The notes under the pieces: generated by a model
The model's database searches: none
What the model was told of the DNA's origin: nothing
Seen by the model: only the letters and a program-made list of their open reading frames with translations
Position numbers and translations under genes: made by a program
Assembly (NCBI GenBank): GCA_965219535.1
Contig: CBDCNV010000002.1
Coordinates: 1,350,001-1,382,000 of the forward strand
Direction: 5' to 3'
Length of the DNA: 32,000 nucleotides
Origin: Opitutales bacterium
GTDB lineage: Bacteria; Verrucomicrobiota; Verrucomicrobiia; Opitutales; PNEW01
Shown: positions 19,317-27,488 of the stretch, one piece after another
Position numbering within the stretch: the stretch's first letter is position 1
How the letters are laid out: every line of letters starts with the position of its first letter

Positions 19317-20465
19317 TCATTTATCTTTGTGCTTTGCAATAGCTTTTTCGACTGCTTCGTCGGCGCGGCCGATAAATGTCGGTCGATTATCTTTCGCCCA
19401 GTGCATGCTCTTATTTCGATATTCATTTAGACTGTTGAAGTGCGGCATGACATAGCGGGCAATAAGTTCATAGCTGCGCTTAGTCTGGGCAAAATCGGCC
19501 CAATTATGCGCCATCTGCAGAAAGCAGCCGAAGCCACCGGAATGTTCCCAGAGGCGCTCTAACTGCGCGATGGCATCATCCGGGTCGCCGATTACGCCGA
19601 AGCCCGTTTCATTAAACATGTCCACGAGGGTGTCGAAATCTCCCTCCCAATTGAAGGGCAGCGCTGCCACATTGTTGAAATACCACACGAAATCCTCGAG
19701 ACCGTAGCGCACGTTTTCCTTTGCCTGTTTGCGGCTTTCGGCGATGTGCATGGGTCCGACCAGGCGCCAATCGTCTCGCTTCATCTGCTTACCATTTTCG
19801 GTTGCGCATTGAATGGCTATGTCCCAGTTTTTGGGCAGAGACATGAAACCCGCTTTGCTGGTCGCAGCAAAGGAGAGTAAGCCCAACCCGTGTTTGCCTG
19901 CGATTAGGGCTCCTGTTGGTGAGATGGCCGAGGCCACCGCCATGTGCACCCGGGGATGCGTGAAGGGACGCAGTTGCAACCTCGCATCCTTTAGCTCGAA
20001 CCAGTCCGCTTTATGTGTGACCGTTTCTCCACTTAAGAGAGGAACCAGTACATCCAACGCTTCCTCAAGCATGTCCCTCTGCCGAATGGGGTCGATCCCC
20101 ATCATAAAGGCGTCGGAGGGCAGAGCGCCCGGTCCCATGCCGAACATAAAGCGGCCCCGGGTCTGATGATCCAGCTGCATAACGCGATCGGCGAGTAGCA
20201 GGGGACTGTGATAGGGCACGGAAGACACACCCGTACCCAAACGTATGCGCTTGGTACGGGCGGCGGCGCCAGCCGCGAAAATCTCTGGAGACGCGATGAT
20301 CTCGTAACCGCCAGAATGATGTTCACCCACCCAAACCTCGTCGTAGTTCAGCTCGTCGAGCCATTCCACGAGTTGGAAATCACGCTCAATTGCCAGGTCA
20401 GGATTTTCATTGGCTGCATGAAAAGGAGCCAGGAATATACCAAATCGCATTCTTCGTGTTGTCAT
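19317..20465 (-). CDS. LLM-class (luciferase-like) flavin-dependent monooxygenase, LimB-like
   Basis: 382 aa. MRFGIFLAPFH...VWVGEHHS is a typical LLM N-terminus. The real start could instead be the second Met, at 20450. Confidence 0.75.
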   Translation of the reverse strand: MTTRRMRFGIFLAPFHAANENPDLAIERDFQLVEWLDELNYDEVWVGEHHSGGYEIIASPEIFAAGAAARTKRIRLGTGVSSVPYHSPLLLADRVMQLDHQTRGRFMFGMGPGALPSDAFMMGIDPIRQRDMLEEALDVLVPLLSGETVTHKADWFELKDARLQLRPFTHPRVHMAVASAISPTGALIAGKHGLGLLSFAATSKAGFMSLPKNWDIAIQCATENGKQMKRDDWRLVGPMHIAESRKQAKENVRYGLEDFVWYFNNVAALPFNWEGDFDTLVDMFNETGFGVIGDPDDAIAQLERLWEHSGGFGCFLQMAHNWADFAQTKRSYELIARYVMPHFNSLNEYRNKSMHWAKDNRPTFIGRADEAVEKAIAKHKDK

Positions 20466-20520
20466 GTCTAACCTGTTTGAATCACGACAGAGGTCTCAAT
20501 GCGAGGAAAATGCACAGTGA

Positions 20521-20709
20521 GGGTTCAGGGTTCAGGGTTCAGGGTTCAGGGTTCAGGGTTCAGGGTTCAGGGTTCAGGGTTCAGGGTTCAGGGTTCAGGG
20601 TTCAGGGTTCAGGGTTCAGGGTTCAGGGTTCAGGGTTCAGGGTTCAGGGTTCAGGGTTCAGGGTTCAGGGTTCAGGGTTCAGGGTTCAGGGTTCAGGGTT
20701 CAGGGTTCA
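20521..20709 (+). repeat. Perfect tandem heptamer array (GGGTTCA) x27
   Basis: 189 nt of uninterrupted GGGTTCA. It starts 55 nt upstream of the LLM start codon, in the divergent intergenic region. Confidence 0.97.
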
Positions 20710-20982
20710 GTAAACATTGATGCAATTTTAAATTGTCAATCCATCTGGTCAGATACTCCTATCTTTCTTTCAATCTCCTAACCGTGAACCGTGAACGCAG
20801 AACCTCTGCCCTTCGGATATCGAACATCGAATATCAAACGTCGGATATCAGAAAGATGGATATACGAAAGACAGGTTTCCCTTCGACTGCGCTCAGGGCA
20901 GGCAGGGTACAACCATTCATAAATCTACGGCATCGCTTTTACGCATATACGCATTATCGCGTAAACGCGCGTCAGCGCTATA

Positions 20983-21016
20983 CCCTTTTGACTTTCGATT
21001 GTTGACTTTCGACTTC
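20983..21016 (+). promoter_or_regulatory. Degenerate CTTTTGAC/CTTTCGAC word cluster followed by CGCACAATCCGCAATTGA, upstream of ATG 21046
   Basis: The sequence is CCCTTTTGACTTTCGATTGTTGACTTTCGACTTC. Confidence 0.3.
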
Positions 21017-21045
21017 GCACAATCCGCAATTGATTGGTTTCTCCT

Positions 21046-22989
21046 ATGCACTCACACGCCGGCAAAATTAATATCCAGTTTCCACAGCCGCTGGTATCCG
21101 GTCAATTGGTGACCGTCAAGTTTCAGTACACCGTCGGTAAGACCGGTATGCGTGAGGGAGGACGTCTGCGAATTGGATTGCCCAGTGTCGCCTGGGCCCA
21201 GCCCGAGGTGCCGCAATACTATTTCTGGTCGGAGTTCGCTCGGGGTAAAAAACGTCGCTACACCCAGTACGACCGGGTCAATACCACGGCGAAATTGAAA
21301 ACTGGAAGTAAGGCAGTGCCGCTGCTGGAAACCGATGCTCGGTTTTTTAAGCCGTGGAGCGGTCAACCGAAATGGCTAACCGAATACGACCGCTTCTGGA
21401 TTACACTCACTCTGGAGGACGATGGACTGAGCGCCAATGACAAAATCACGGTGACTTATGGGGATCCGGATCAATTGCCCTTGACCGCGCGCGTGCAGGG
21501 GTTTCCTGAAGAACGTATTAATTTCCTGGTTTTCGTGGACGCTACCGGAAATGGCCACTTTCGTGAGGTGAATGGATCACCATGGATGTCCGAAGTCCGC
21601 TCGGGACCTGCTAACCGGTTAGATGTGATCAGCCCTTCGATCGTGCGGCCGGGTGAACGACCCGAAGTCCGTGTCGCATACACGGATCAGGTAAAAGGGC
21701 CGACGGTACGACTTCCGCGCGTGGATAACTTGCGCCTCGAAGTGACCGGCATTAAGGGACGGGCCAAAGGAGTCCGCGTTAAACGTAAGACGGATGCAGT
21801 TTGCGTGGCGTTGCCGCAGTTGGCAGCCGCCGGCGCAAGGCGACGTGCGCGCCACGTCGTCGTGCGCGACACGAAGCGTGAGTGGCAGGCCCGCAGTAAC
21901 CCGACGCTGGTCCGAGCCCGTGGCGCACGACTGTTCTGGGGCGATCTGCACGCTCAATCACAATATCACGGATGGAACGAAGTTGACCAGAAGGGTATGA
22001 GCTGCCACCTGCCCGAGGAGTGTTATCGCTATGCTCGGGATCTAGCAGGACTTGATTTTTGTGCCGTGACGGACACCTGGAGTATCACGAAAGACATCTG
22101 GCAGGACACTGTCGAGCAAGCGGACAAGATGTATGAGCCGGGGCGATTCGTGACTTTCCGCGGTTCCGAAGTCGGTGATAATTTTGACGGCCACCGCAAC
22201 CTGCTCTTTCGTGGCGATGCCCCCGAGGCGAATATCAAGACAGTCACGCCCAGCAAACGAGGCGTCGGCATGGTCGAACTGGAAACGGCCCAGATGCAAA
22301 AGCGCTATGCAGGTCGCAACGATGTTTTACTGGTACCTCACCACACGAAAATGTGGGCTTCCTGGGATTGTCATGAACCCCTACTAGAGCGGGTGTTGGA
22401 AATCTACTCGATCTGGGGCAACGGTGAAAAGGCCGGCACGGACCAATGGGAAATCCTCCGCGAAATGACTGGTGGCGCGCAGGAGGCTTGGGCCCGCGGC
22501 TACAGATTGGGGGTGATTGCCGGTACCGATACACATACCGGACTGCCCGGCCGTAGCATTCCTCGCTGCGACCGTGATGACTTTATGCCCTACAAAGGTG
22601 GAATAGCCGGTGTATGGGCCGATGAGTTGACCCGCGAATCCATCTTCAACGCGTTGCATGCCCGCTGCTGTTACGGTACGACCGGCGAGCGAATCATCTT
22701 GGAGACATTTGTCGAAAATAACCCGATGGGCAGCGAAGTGATCTGGCCACGACGCTCATCTCCGCGCGACTTCCGCATCAACATCTGCGCTACCGCGGAC
22801 CTGAGCTCGGTGACCGTGGTTAAAAACAACGACGCTGTTCACACCTTCACTCCACGTGGTGATCACGCAGAACTGGTCTGGCGTGACAAGGCGCCCGCCC
22901 GCAACGGAGACTATTATTATATCCGCGTCAAGCAGCGGGACGGTGAACGGGCATGGTCCAGTCCGATCTGGCTGGATGTGCCAGGATAA
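21046..22989 (+). CDS. PHP-superfamily / DUF3604-like putative metallohydrolase with an N-terminal beta-rich domain
   Basis: The C-terminal half carries LFWGDLHAQSQYH, CAVTDTW, LLVPHHT, AGTDTHTG, GIAGVWADELTRESIFNALHARCCYGTTGERI and YYYIRVKQRDGERAWSSPIWL. The track start at 21034 is a TTG. I prefer ATG 21046. Confidence 0.5.
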   Translation: MHSHAGKINIQFPQPLVSGQLVTVKFQYTVGKTGMREGGRLRIGLPSVAWAQPEVPQYYFWSEFARGKKRRYTQYDRVNTTAKLKTGSKAVPLLETDARFFKPWSGQPKWLTEYDRFWITLTLEDDGLSANDKITVTYGDPDQLPLTARVQGFPEERINFLVFVDATGNGHFREVNGSPWMSEVRSGPANRLDVISPSIVRPGERPEVRVAYTDQVKGPTVRLPRVDNLRLEVTGIKGRAKGVRVKRKTDAVCVALPQLAAAGARRRARHVVVRDTKREWQARSNPTLVRARGARLFWGDLHAQSQYHGWNEVDQKGMSCHLPEECYRYARDLAGLDFCAVTDTWSITKDIWQDTVEQADKMYEPGRFVTFRGSEVGDNFDGHRNLLFRGDAPEANIKTVTPSKRGVGMVELETAQMQKRYAGRNDVLLVPHHTKMWASWDCHEPLLERVLEIYSIWGNGEKAGTDQWEILREMTGGAQEAWARGYRLGVIAGTDTHTGLPGRSIPRCDRDDFMPYKGGIAGVWADELTRESIFNALHARCCYGTTGERIILETFVENNPMGSEVIWPRRSSPRDFRINICATADLSSVTVVKNNDAVHTFTPRGDHAELVWRDKAPARNGDYYYIRVKQRDGERAWSSPIWLDVPG

Positions 22990-22996
22990 GTTAAAA

Positions 22997-23141
22997 GGGT
23001 TCAGGGTAGGGTTCAGGGTTCAGGGTTCAGGGTTCAGGGTTCAGGGTTCAGGGTTCAGGGTTCAGGGTTCAGGGTTCAGGGTTCAGGGTTCAGGGTTCAG
23101 GGTTCAGGGTTCAGGGTTCAGGGTTCAGGGTTCAGGGTTCA
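22997..23141 (+). repeat. Second (GGGTTCA)n array, about 20 units
   Basis: One unit is followed by a degenerate GGGTA, then 19 perfect units (23009-23141). The array begins 8 nt after the stop at 22989. Confidence 0.97.
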
Positions 23142-23354
23142 GTAAACATTGATGCAATTTTAAATTGTCAATCCATCTGGTCAGATACTCCTATCTTTCT
23201 TTCAATCTTCTAACCGTGAACCGTGAACCGTGAACGCAGAACCTCTTCCCTTCGACTGCGCTCAGGGCAGGCAGGGGTACAACCATCCATAAACTACGGC
23301 ATCGCTCTTACGCATACACGCTTTACACCTCATCGCATACACGCTTTCACGCGT

Positions 23355-24212
23355 TCACTCTATATGCAGATCAGTCAACGTCCATGTATTCTGTTCATAA
23401 CTGCCGCCACCTACGACCGTAGCGAAGGCGCCCTCGGCGACACAACCGGGTGAGGAGCTGAAAAATCCATTGATGTCGACGGTGTCCATCATCTTTCCAT
23501 CCATCAGCCATGACAAAGTATTGCCGTCATCGGTGAGCAGCAAACCATAACGATGACCCCACCCGCAGTTGTCCCCTGCCGGATCGAATCGTTGTGCCTG
23601 GGTAACCTGGTGACCCGGGAGTGTAATATTGGGAATCATCTCCGGAAATGTGTAATTCTTAGGGATCTCCTTTTCTATTATCCTATCGTTTAATTCGCGG
23701 TCGAGAAGGGGGATCTTCTCGGTGTCACCTGCGATAATGTTACGACCGAGATAAAAAAAGATTCCGGCCTTGGAGAACCAGTCGTAGTGGATTTGAACAA
23801 CCCGTTCAACCGTATCCTCCGGCGCTATTCTACGCGACACGGGCTCATCGCCAACCATCCCTTGAAATGAACTGATCGCGAGGCCAAATCCCGTCACGAA
23901 GCTCCCCTTCACCGGATCCTCAAAGTCGGAGCTATCACCACGCATGATATACTTGTTGAGGAAGGGTCCCGAGTGTGAGTAATCCTCAAGGGTGAATTCA
24001 AACAGGTTGGTGCCCTTCAGGTCAGGGGTGAATACACGCTGCTTCGTGCACATGTTGCCATAAGCCATGACACCGGGTCCTTCAGGGGCTGTAGTGTCTG
24101 CCCGAATATGCGCCTTGCCATTATCGAAGCTGACATCCTTTTGAATGGGAGCTTCGGCGTATGAATTGCGTTGGACAAATAATTTCCAGGTGCTCGCTTC
24201 GAACGGGGCCAT
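23355..24212 (-). CDS. hypothetical protein (no motif I can name)
   Basis: This is a long ORF with coding-like composition. The track start at 24224 is a TTG inside the CTTTTGAC repeat. I prefer ATG 24212 (MAPFEASTWKLF). Confidence 0.55.
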   Translation of the reverse strand: MAPFEASTWKLFVQRNSYAEAPIQKDVSFDNGKAHIRADTTAPEGPGVMAYGNMCTKQRVFTPDLKGTNLFEFTLEDYSHSGPFLNKYIMRGDSSDFEDPVKGSFVTGFGLAISSFQGMVGDEPVSRRIAPEDTVERVVQIHYDWFSKAGIFFYLGRNIIAGDTEKIPLLDRELNDRIIEKEIPKNYTFPEMIPNITLPGHQVTQAQRFDPAGDNCGWGHRYGLLLTDDGNTLSWLMDGKMMDTVDINGFFSSSPGCVAEGAFATVVGGGSYEQNTWTLTDLHIE

Positions 24213-24219
24213 GTAACTA

Positions 24220-24253
24220 GTCAAAAGGTCAAAAGGTCAAAAAGTCAAAAGGG
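24220..24253 (-). promoter_or_regulatory. 4 tandem CTTTTGAC words ending 7 nt upstream of ATG 24212
   Basis: The plus strand reads GTCAAAAGGTCAAAAGGTCAAAAAGTCAAAAGGG. Confidence 0.4.
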
Positions 24254-24313
24254 AAGATATCAATTTTCGATTTATGATTGCTTAATTGCGATATATACCC
24301 ATTGCCATCAATC

Positions 24314-24389
24314 AGGTGGAACGGGCTGTCCCAGCGCGTTTAAAAAGGTCATGATAAAAGAAGCGCGCTAGGGACAGCCCGCTCCACCT
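24314..24389. repeat. Inverted repeat of the GGTGGARCGGGCTGTCCC(T)AGCGCG word with a ~24-nt AT-rich loop
   Basis: Arms are at 24314-24338 and 24363-24389, differing by one mismatch and one 1-nt indel. The element lies in the divergent region between the hypothetical gene (-) and the YtoQ gene (+). Confidence 0.85.
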
Positions 24390-24505
24390 CAATACTAAAA
24401 CCTAAAACTACTACTACATACTTAACCATCGCGAAGGCATATTCGCACTAAACATCACCTTCCATTTTGACTTTCTTCTTCACTTCACTTTAAAAAGAAA
24501 TCGAT

Positions 24506-24952
24506 ATGCAACTTACGATCTATCTCTCAGGTGAAATTCATTCCGATTGGCGGGAACAAATCGTGCAGGGTATAGAGGCTCACGATTTGTCGGTCGAGGT
24601 GCTATCCCCGGTGACGGAACACGCGGCCAGTGATGATGTGGGTGTGGCCATTTTGGGCGATGAAGAGAAGAATTTCTGGAAGGACCACAAGGCCGCAAAG
24701 ATCAACCGTCTGCGCATCGGAACCAGCATTGAACAGGCAGATATCGTCGTCGTAAAATTCGGAGACCAGTACAAACAGTGGAATGCCGCTTTCGAAGCCG
24801 GTTATGCGGTGGCGATGGGTAAATCGCTTATCACTCTGCATGACCCCGAACTCACGCATCCGCTTAAAGAAGTGGATGCCTCAGCGATGGCCGTCACTGA
24901 AACCCCAGCTCAGGTGGTCGAAATTCTGAAGTATGTCACCACTCAGAAATGA
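24506..24952 (+). CDS. ytoQ: YtoQ family protein (nucleoside 2-deoxyribosyltransferase-like fold)
   Basis: 148 aa. It matches the YtoQ pattern as I remember it along its length: IYLSGEIHSDWRE, FGDQYKQWNAAFEAGYA, HPLKEV and VTET. Confidence 0.8.
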   Translation: MQLTIYLSGEIHSDWREQIVQGIEAHDLSVEVLSPVTEHAASDDVGVAILGDEEKNFWKDHKAAKINRLRIGTSIEQADIVVVKFGDQYKQWNAAFEAGYAVAMGKSLITLHDPELTHPLKEVDASAMAVTETPAQVVEILKYVTTQK

Positions 24953-25040
24953 AATCTGAAGAGTCAAAAAGTCAAAAGGATAGAGACACCAGTGAACAAG
25001 GGAAAATGTTCCGCTTATACTCTTCCTCGCGTACTCGCAT

Positions 25041-25850
25041 TTACGCTTTAGTTTCCCCGTAGAAGCCGAGCTCGCTTAAGCGATCGATCCAGCGTTGGCG
25101 CGTGGCACTGCCTTGTCGATTTTTAACCCATTCAGGATGGTACCATAACTGACCGGTTCGATCATGGTTTTCAGGGATCTGTGCTACGCCCACCGCATGT
25201 TTTCGTGCCCATGCTTCCTCCGCGGGTGTCTTCGGGTCAATCAGATAGTAGAGGGTACACAAACGTCGGCCAGTAGATCCGCCCACACTGGAATGCCAAG
25301 TCCTTGGATCGAACACGACTACATCGCCGGGCTCGGCCGGGCACGCTTGAGCCGGTACGCTGGGGATCGGTATTTTCGGTTCCTCTCCGGGTTGCGGAAA
25401 TGGAAACAACATCGCTTGTAATGCGTCGTGATACGGCTTCCGATGTGATCCGGGAATGAGCCGCAAGGCCCCGCTGTCTGTGCCCACCGATTCGAGCATC
25501 CAGGCGATCTTGACCCCGCAGGGATGATCGGAGTCCGAGTCGGGGTGCCACAGCGTATCGCCCACCCGCCGATTGACATCCGAAATCAGCCCAAGGACAT
25601 CGCCACCCAGCTGCTCGGCTATGTTGAGCATCCGCGGGTCTTCCAGGAGCGAAGTCATGAAGGGCGTATCCGGCCCCATCGTAGAAGTTACCTGCTTTAT
25701 TGATCCGTCGAAAGGTTTGTGGGCATAATCCGCATCCAGAACCCGTTCCAGCTCGTCAGCACAGCGCGTAATCTCGTCGGGATTCAAGACTTGTCGGATT
25801 ATTACAAAGCCAAACATCGTGTAATGCGTAACTTGAGCGTCTGAGAGCAT
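25041..25850 (-). CDS. phytanoyl-CoA dioxygenase (PhyH) family Fe(II)/2-oxoglutarate oxygenase
   Basis: The motifs LWHPDSD (HxD), IPGSHRK and WHSSVGGSTGRR are present. The track start at 25862 is a TTG inside the repeat. I prefer ATG 25850 (MLSDAQV). CTTTTGAC x2 (25858-25878) ends 7 nt upstream. Confidence 0.8.
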   Translation of the reverse strand: MLSDAQVTHYTMFGFVIIRQVLNPDEITRCADELERVLDADYAHKPFDGSIKQVTSTMGPDTPFMTSLLEDPRMLNIAEQLGGDVLGLISDVNRRVGDTLWHPDSDSDHPCGVKIAWMLESVGTDSGALRLIPGSHRKPYHDALQAMLFPFPQPGEEPKIPIPSVPAQACPAEPGDVVVFDPRTWHSSVGGSTGRRLCTLYYLIDPKTPAEEAWARKHAVGVAQIPENHDRTGQLWYHPEWVKNRQGSATRQRWIDRLSELGFYGETKA

Positions 25851-26005
25851 GCTTTTAGTCAAAAAGTCAAAAGGTCACCCGCCTTCACTCTATCGAGTTA
25901 TGGCGTGGCATGAAAAGTCAAAAGGGAAGAAACTTTATGCGCCTTCGCGCGTGTAAGTATTAGGTGTTAAGTGTTAGGTTTTAGGTAATTGACTTAAAAC
26001 GGTAC

Positions 26006-27369
26006 AACCAGGACATGGTTTACAGATTTAGATCAAGACATGGTTTACACTTTGTGAGGGATGCTGAACGGTAATCGGGTTATATAGTTAAGTTAATGTT
26101 ATGCGGTTTTAGAGGTTTGGCTGGCATTGTTGGGGCCGCAAGCGGCCCCAATGAAAGCAGCCGTTGAAAGGTCAATCTGACCGATTCTGAGAGTGGCAAA
26201 GTAAACATCGAAGTGTACCGTGTCTAGTGGTTTTAGTCCAACGCTCCAACCGGCGAGGGCGGTGGAGATAGGAATCTGGAAGCCATCGAGTTTGATAGAC
26301 CCGCTTTTTGAGACCCGGCGAGTCATCAAATCATAGCTGATATCGGCAGGAGTGCCACCGTAAGGATGAGAGCTGTGCTGATAGATTTCAGAGGGCGTGC
26401 TCATGGCAAGAGCCGCATGGGGGCGTTCTTCATTGAAGGTCTTGCGCCACAGATCGAAGGCCACCTGTTGGGTGCGAAGATCGTCCTGGGCATGTTTTTG
26501 CAACTCCTCTTTGATATCGCGATGGAGACGCTCATGGGCACCGTTATCCTGGGGTTTACCCGGACGTCCACGCTCGAGATTGATCCCTAAGGCCAGCCAC
26601 CAGGCCGCCAGTTTGCTCAGGCCCAGGACCGCATTGGCACTGGCAAAGGGACTGCCGTTGTCGCTGCGGATGCAAGCGGGAAGTCCATAGCGTTCAAAGA
26701 GTTTTGTGAAGCATTCACGCACCGCTTCGCTACGGGCTGAACTGAGCACCCGCACCTCTAATACATAGCGGCTCCATTCATCCCGTACCGTCAAAGGTTC
26801 ACAACGGTTGCCATCAACGGTGTGCCACCACCCTTTGAAGTCTACGCTCCACACTTCGTTACAGCCACTGGCCTTGACGCTGCGGTAAAGGCGTCCGCTT
26901 TTTTGAGCGCTTCTGCGCCGACGCTTTTGCACCAGTCCCGCACGTTCCAAGACCCGTTTCACGCTCGAGTCTGAGGGGGCCTTCCCGTAACGCCTCTGGT
27001 AAAGCTCGCGGATCTTGTAGGGGCCCCACGTCGGGTGATGATGCTTGAGTTTGATCAGCGTACATACTACTGATTCGGATAGTTCCTGAACACTTCCATG
27101 CGGTCGGCGTGAGCGCTCGTGCAACCCCTCCATCCCTTCGCTCAGGAAGCGCTTCTTCCATTTATACCCTGTCGGTCGGCTGATCCCGTAGTCTTCACAC
27201 AGCTCGTTCATCTTTACTCCCGGTTGCATCGATTCCAGGGCGAATTGGTATCTTTGGTCCATTTTATTTGTTTCCTTCCATGACATCATACCCCTTACTT
27301 AGCATCCTTCTTTCTTTGGCAATCTGTAAAGGATGTCCTGAACCTTTTGTGTAAAGAATGTCTTGAACC
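26006..27369 (-). mobile_element. IS481-family-like insertion sequence, copy A (~1.36 kb; ends approximate)
   Basis: A single transposase ORF is flanked at each end by two tandem ~17-nt motifs with consensus CARGACATNNTTTACAS. Confidence 0.7.
26099..27289 (-). CDS. DDE (rve) transposase with an N-terminal HTH, IS481-like
   Basis: 396 aa. The HTH region is CEDYGISRPTGYKWKKRF. The catalytic region is WSVDFKGW, IRSDNGSPF and NGAHERLHRDIKEE. Confidence 0.85.
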   Translation of the reverse strand: MMSWKETNKMDQRYQFALESMQPGVKMNELCEDYGISRPTGYKWKKRFLSEGMEGLHERSRRPHGSVQELSESVVCTLIKLKHHHPTWGPYKIRELYQRRYGKAPSDSSVKRVLERAGLVQKRRRRSAQKSGRLYRSVKASGCNEVWSVDFKGWWHTVDGNRCEPLTVRDEWSRYVLEVRVLSSARSEAVRECFTKLFERYGLPACIRSDNGSPFASANAVLGLSKLAAWWLALGINLERGRPGKPQDNGAHERLHRDIKEELQKHAQDDLRTQQVAFDLWRKTFNEERPHAALAMSTPSEIYQHSSHPYGGTPADISYDLMTRRVSKSGSIKLDGFQIPISTALAGWSVGLKPLDTVHFDVYFATLRIGQIDLSTAAFIGAACGPNNASQTSKTA

Positions 27370-27488
27370 TATACCGGAGTTTACTGATTTCTTATCGGCC
27401 ACTCCCTCTTTCCGTATAAATTTTTTCTGTGCCTCTTGGTAGATGTCGTCCCGAAAACTCGGGACTCGGTAGTGGCAATCTCTTTTCT

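Noticed and set aside
20390-20720. Track ORFs of 107 and 73 aa, and a 98-aa ORF at 22856..23152, translating as GSGFRVQ repeats.
   Set aside because: They are open in all frames only because they cross the perfect GGGTTCA heptamer arrays. They have no start context and no non-repeat coding body.
20521-23141. Telomere or chromosome-end interpretation of the TTTAGGG-like heptamer.
   Set aside because: Both arrays are internal and flanked by ordinary genes on both sides, and they share the same orientation. Only the sequence resemblance is noted.
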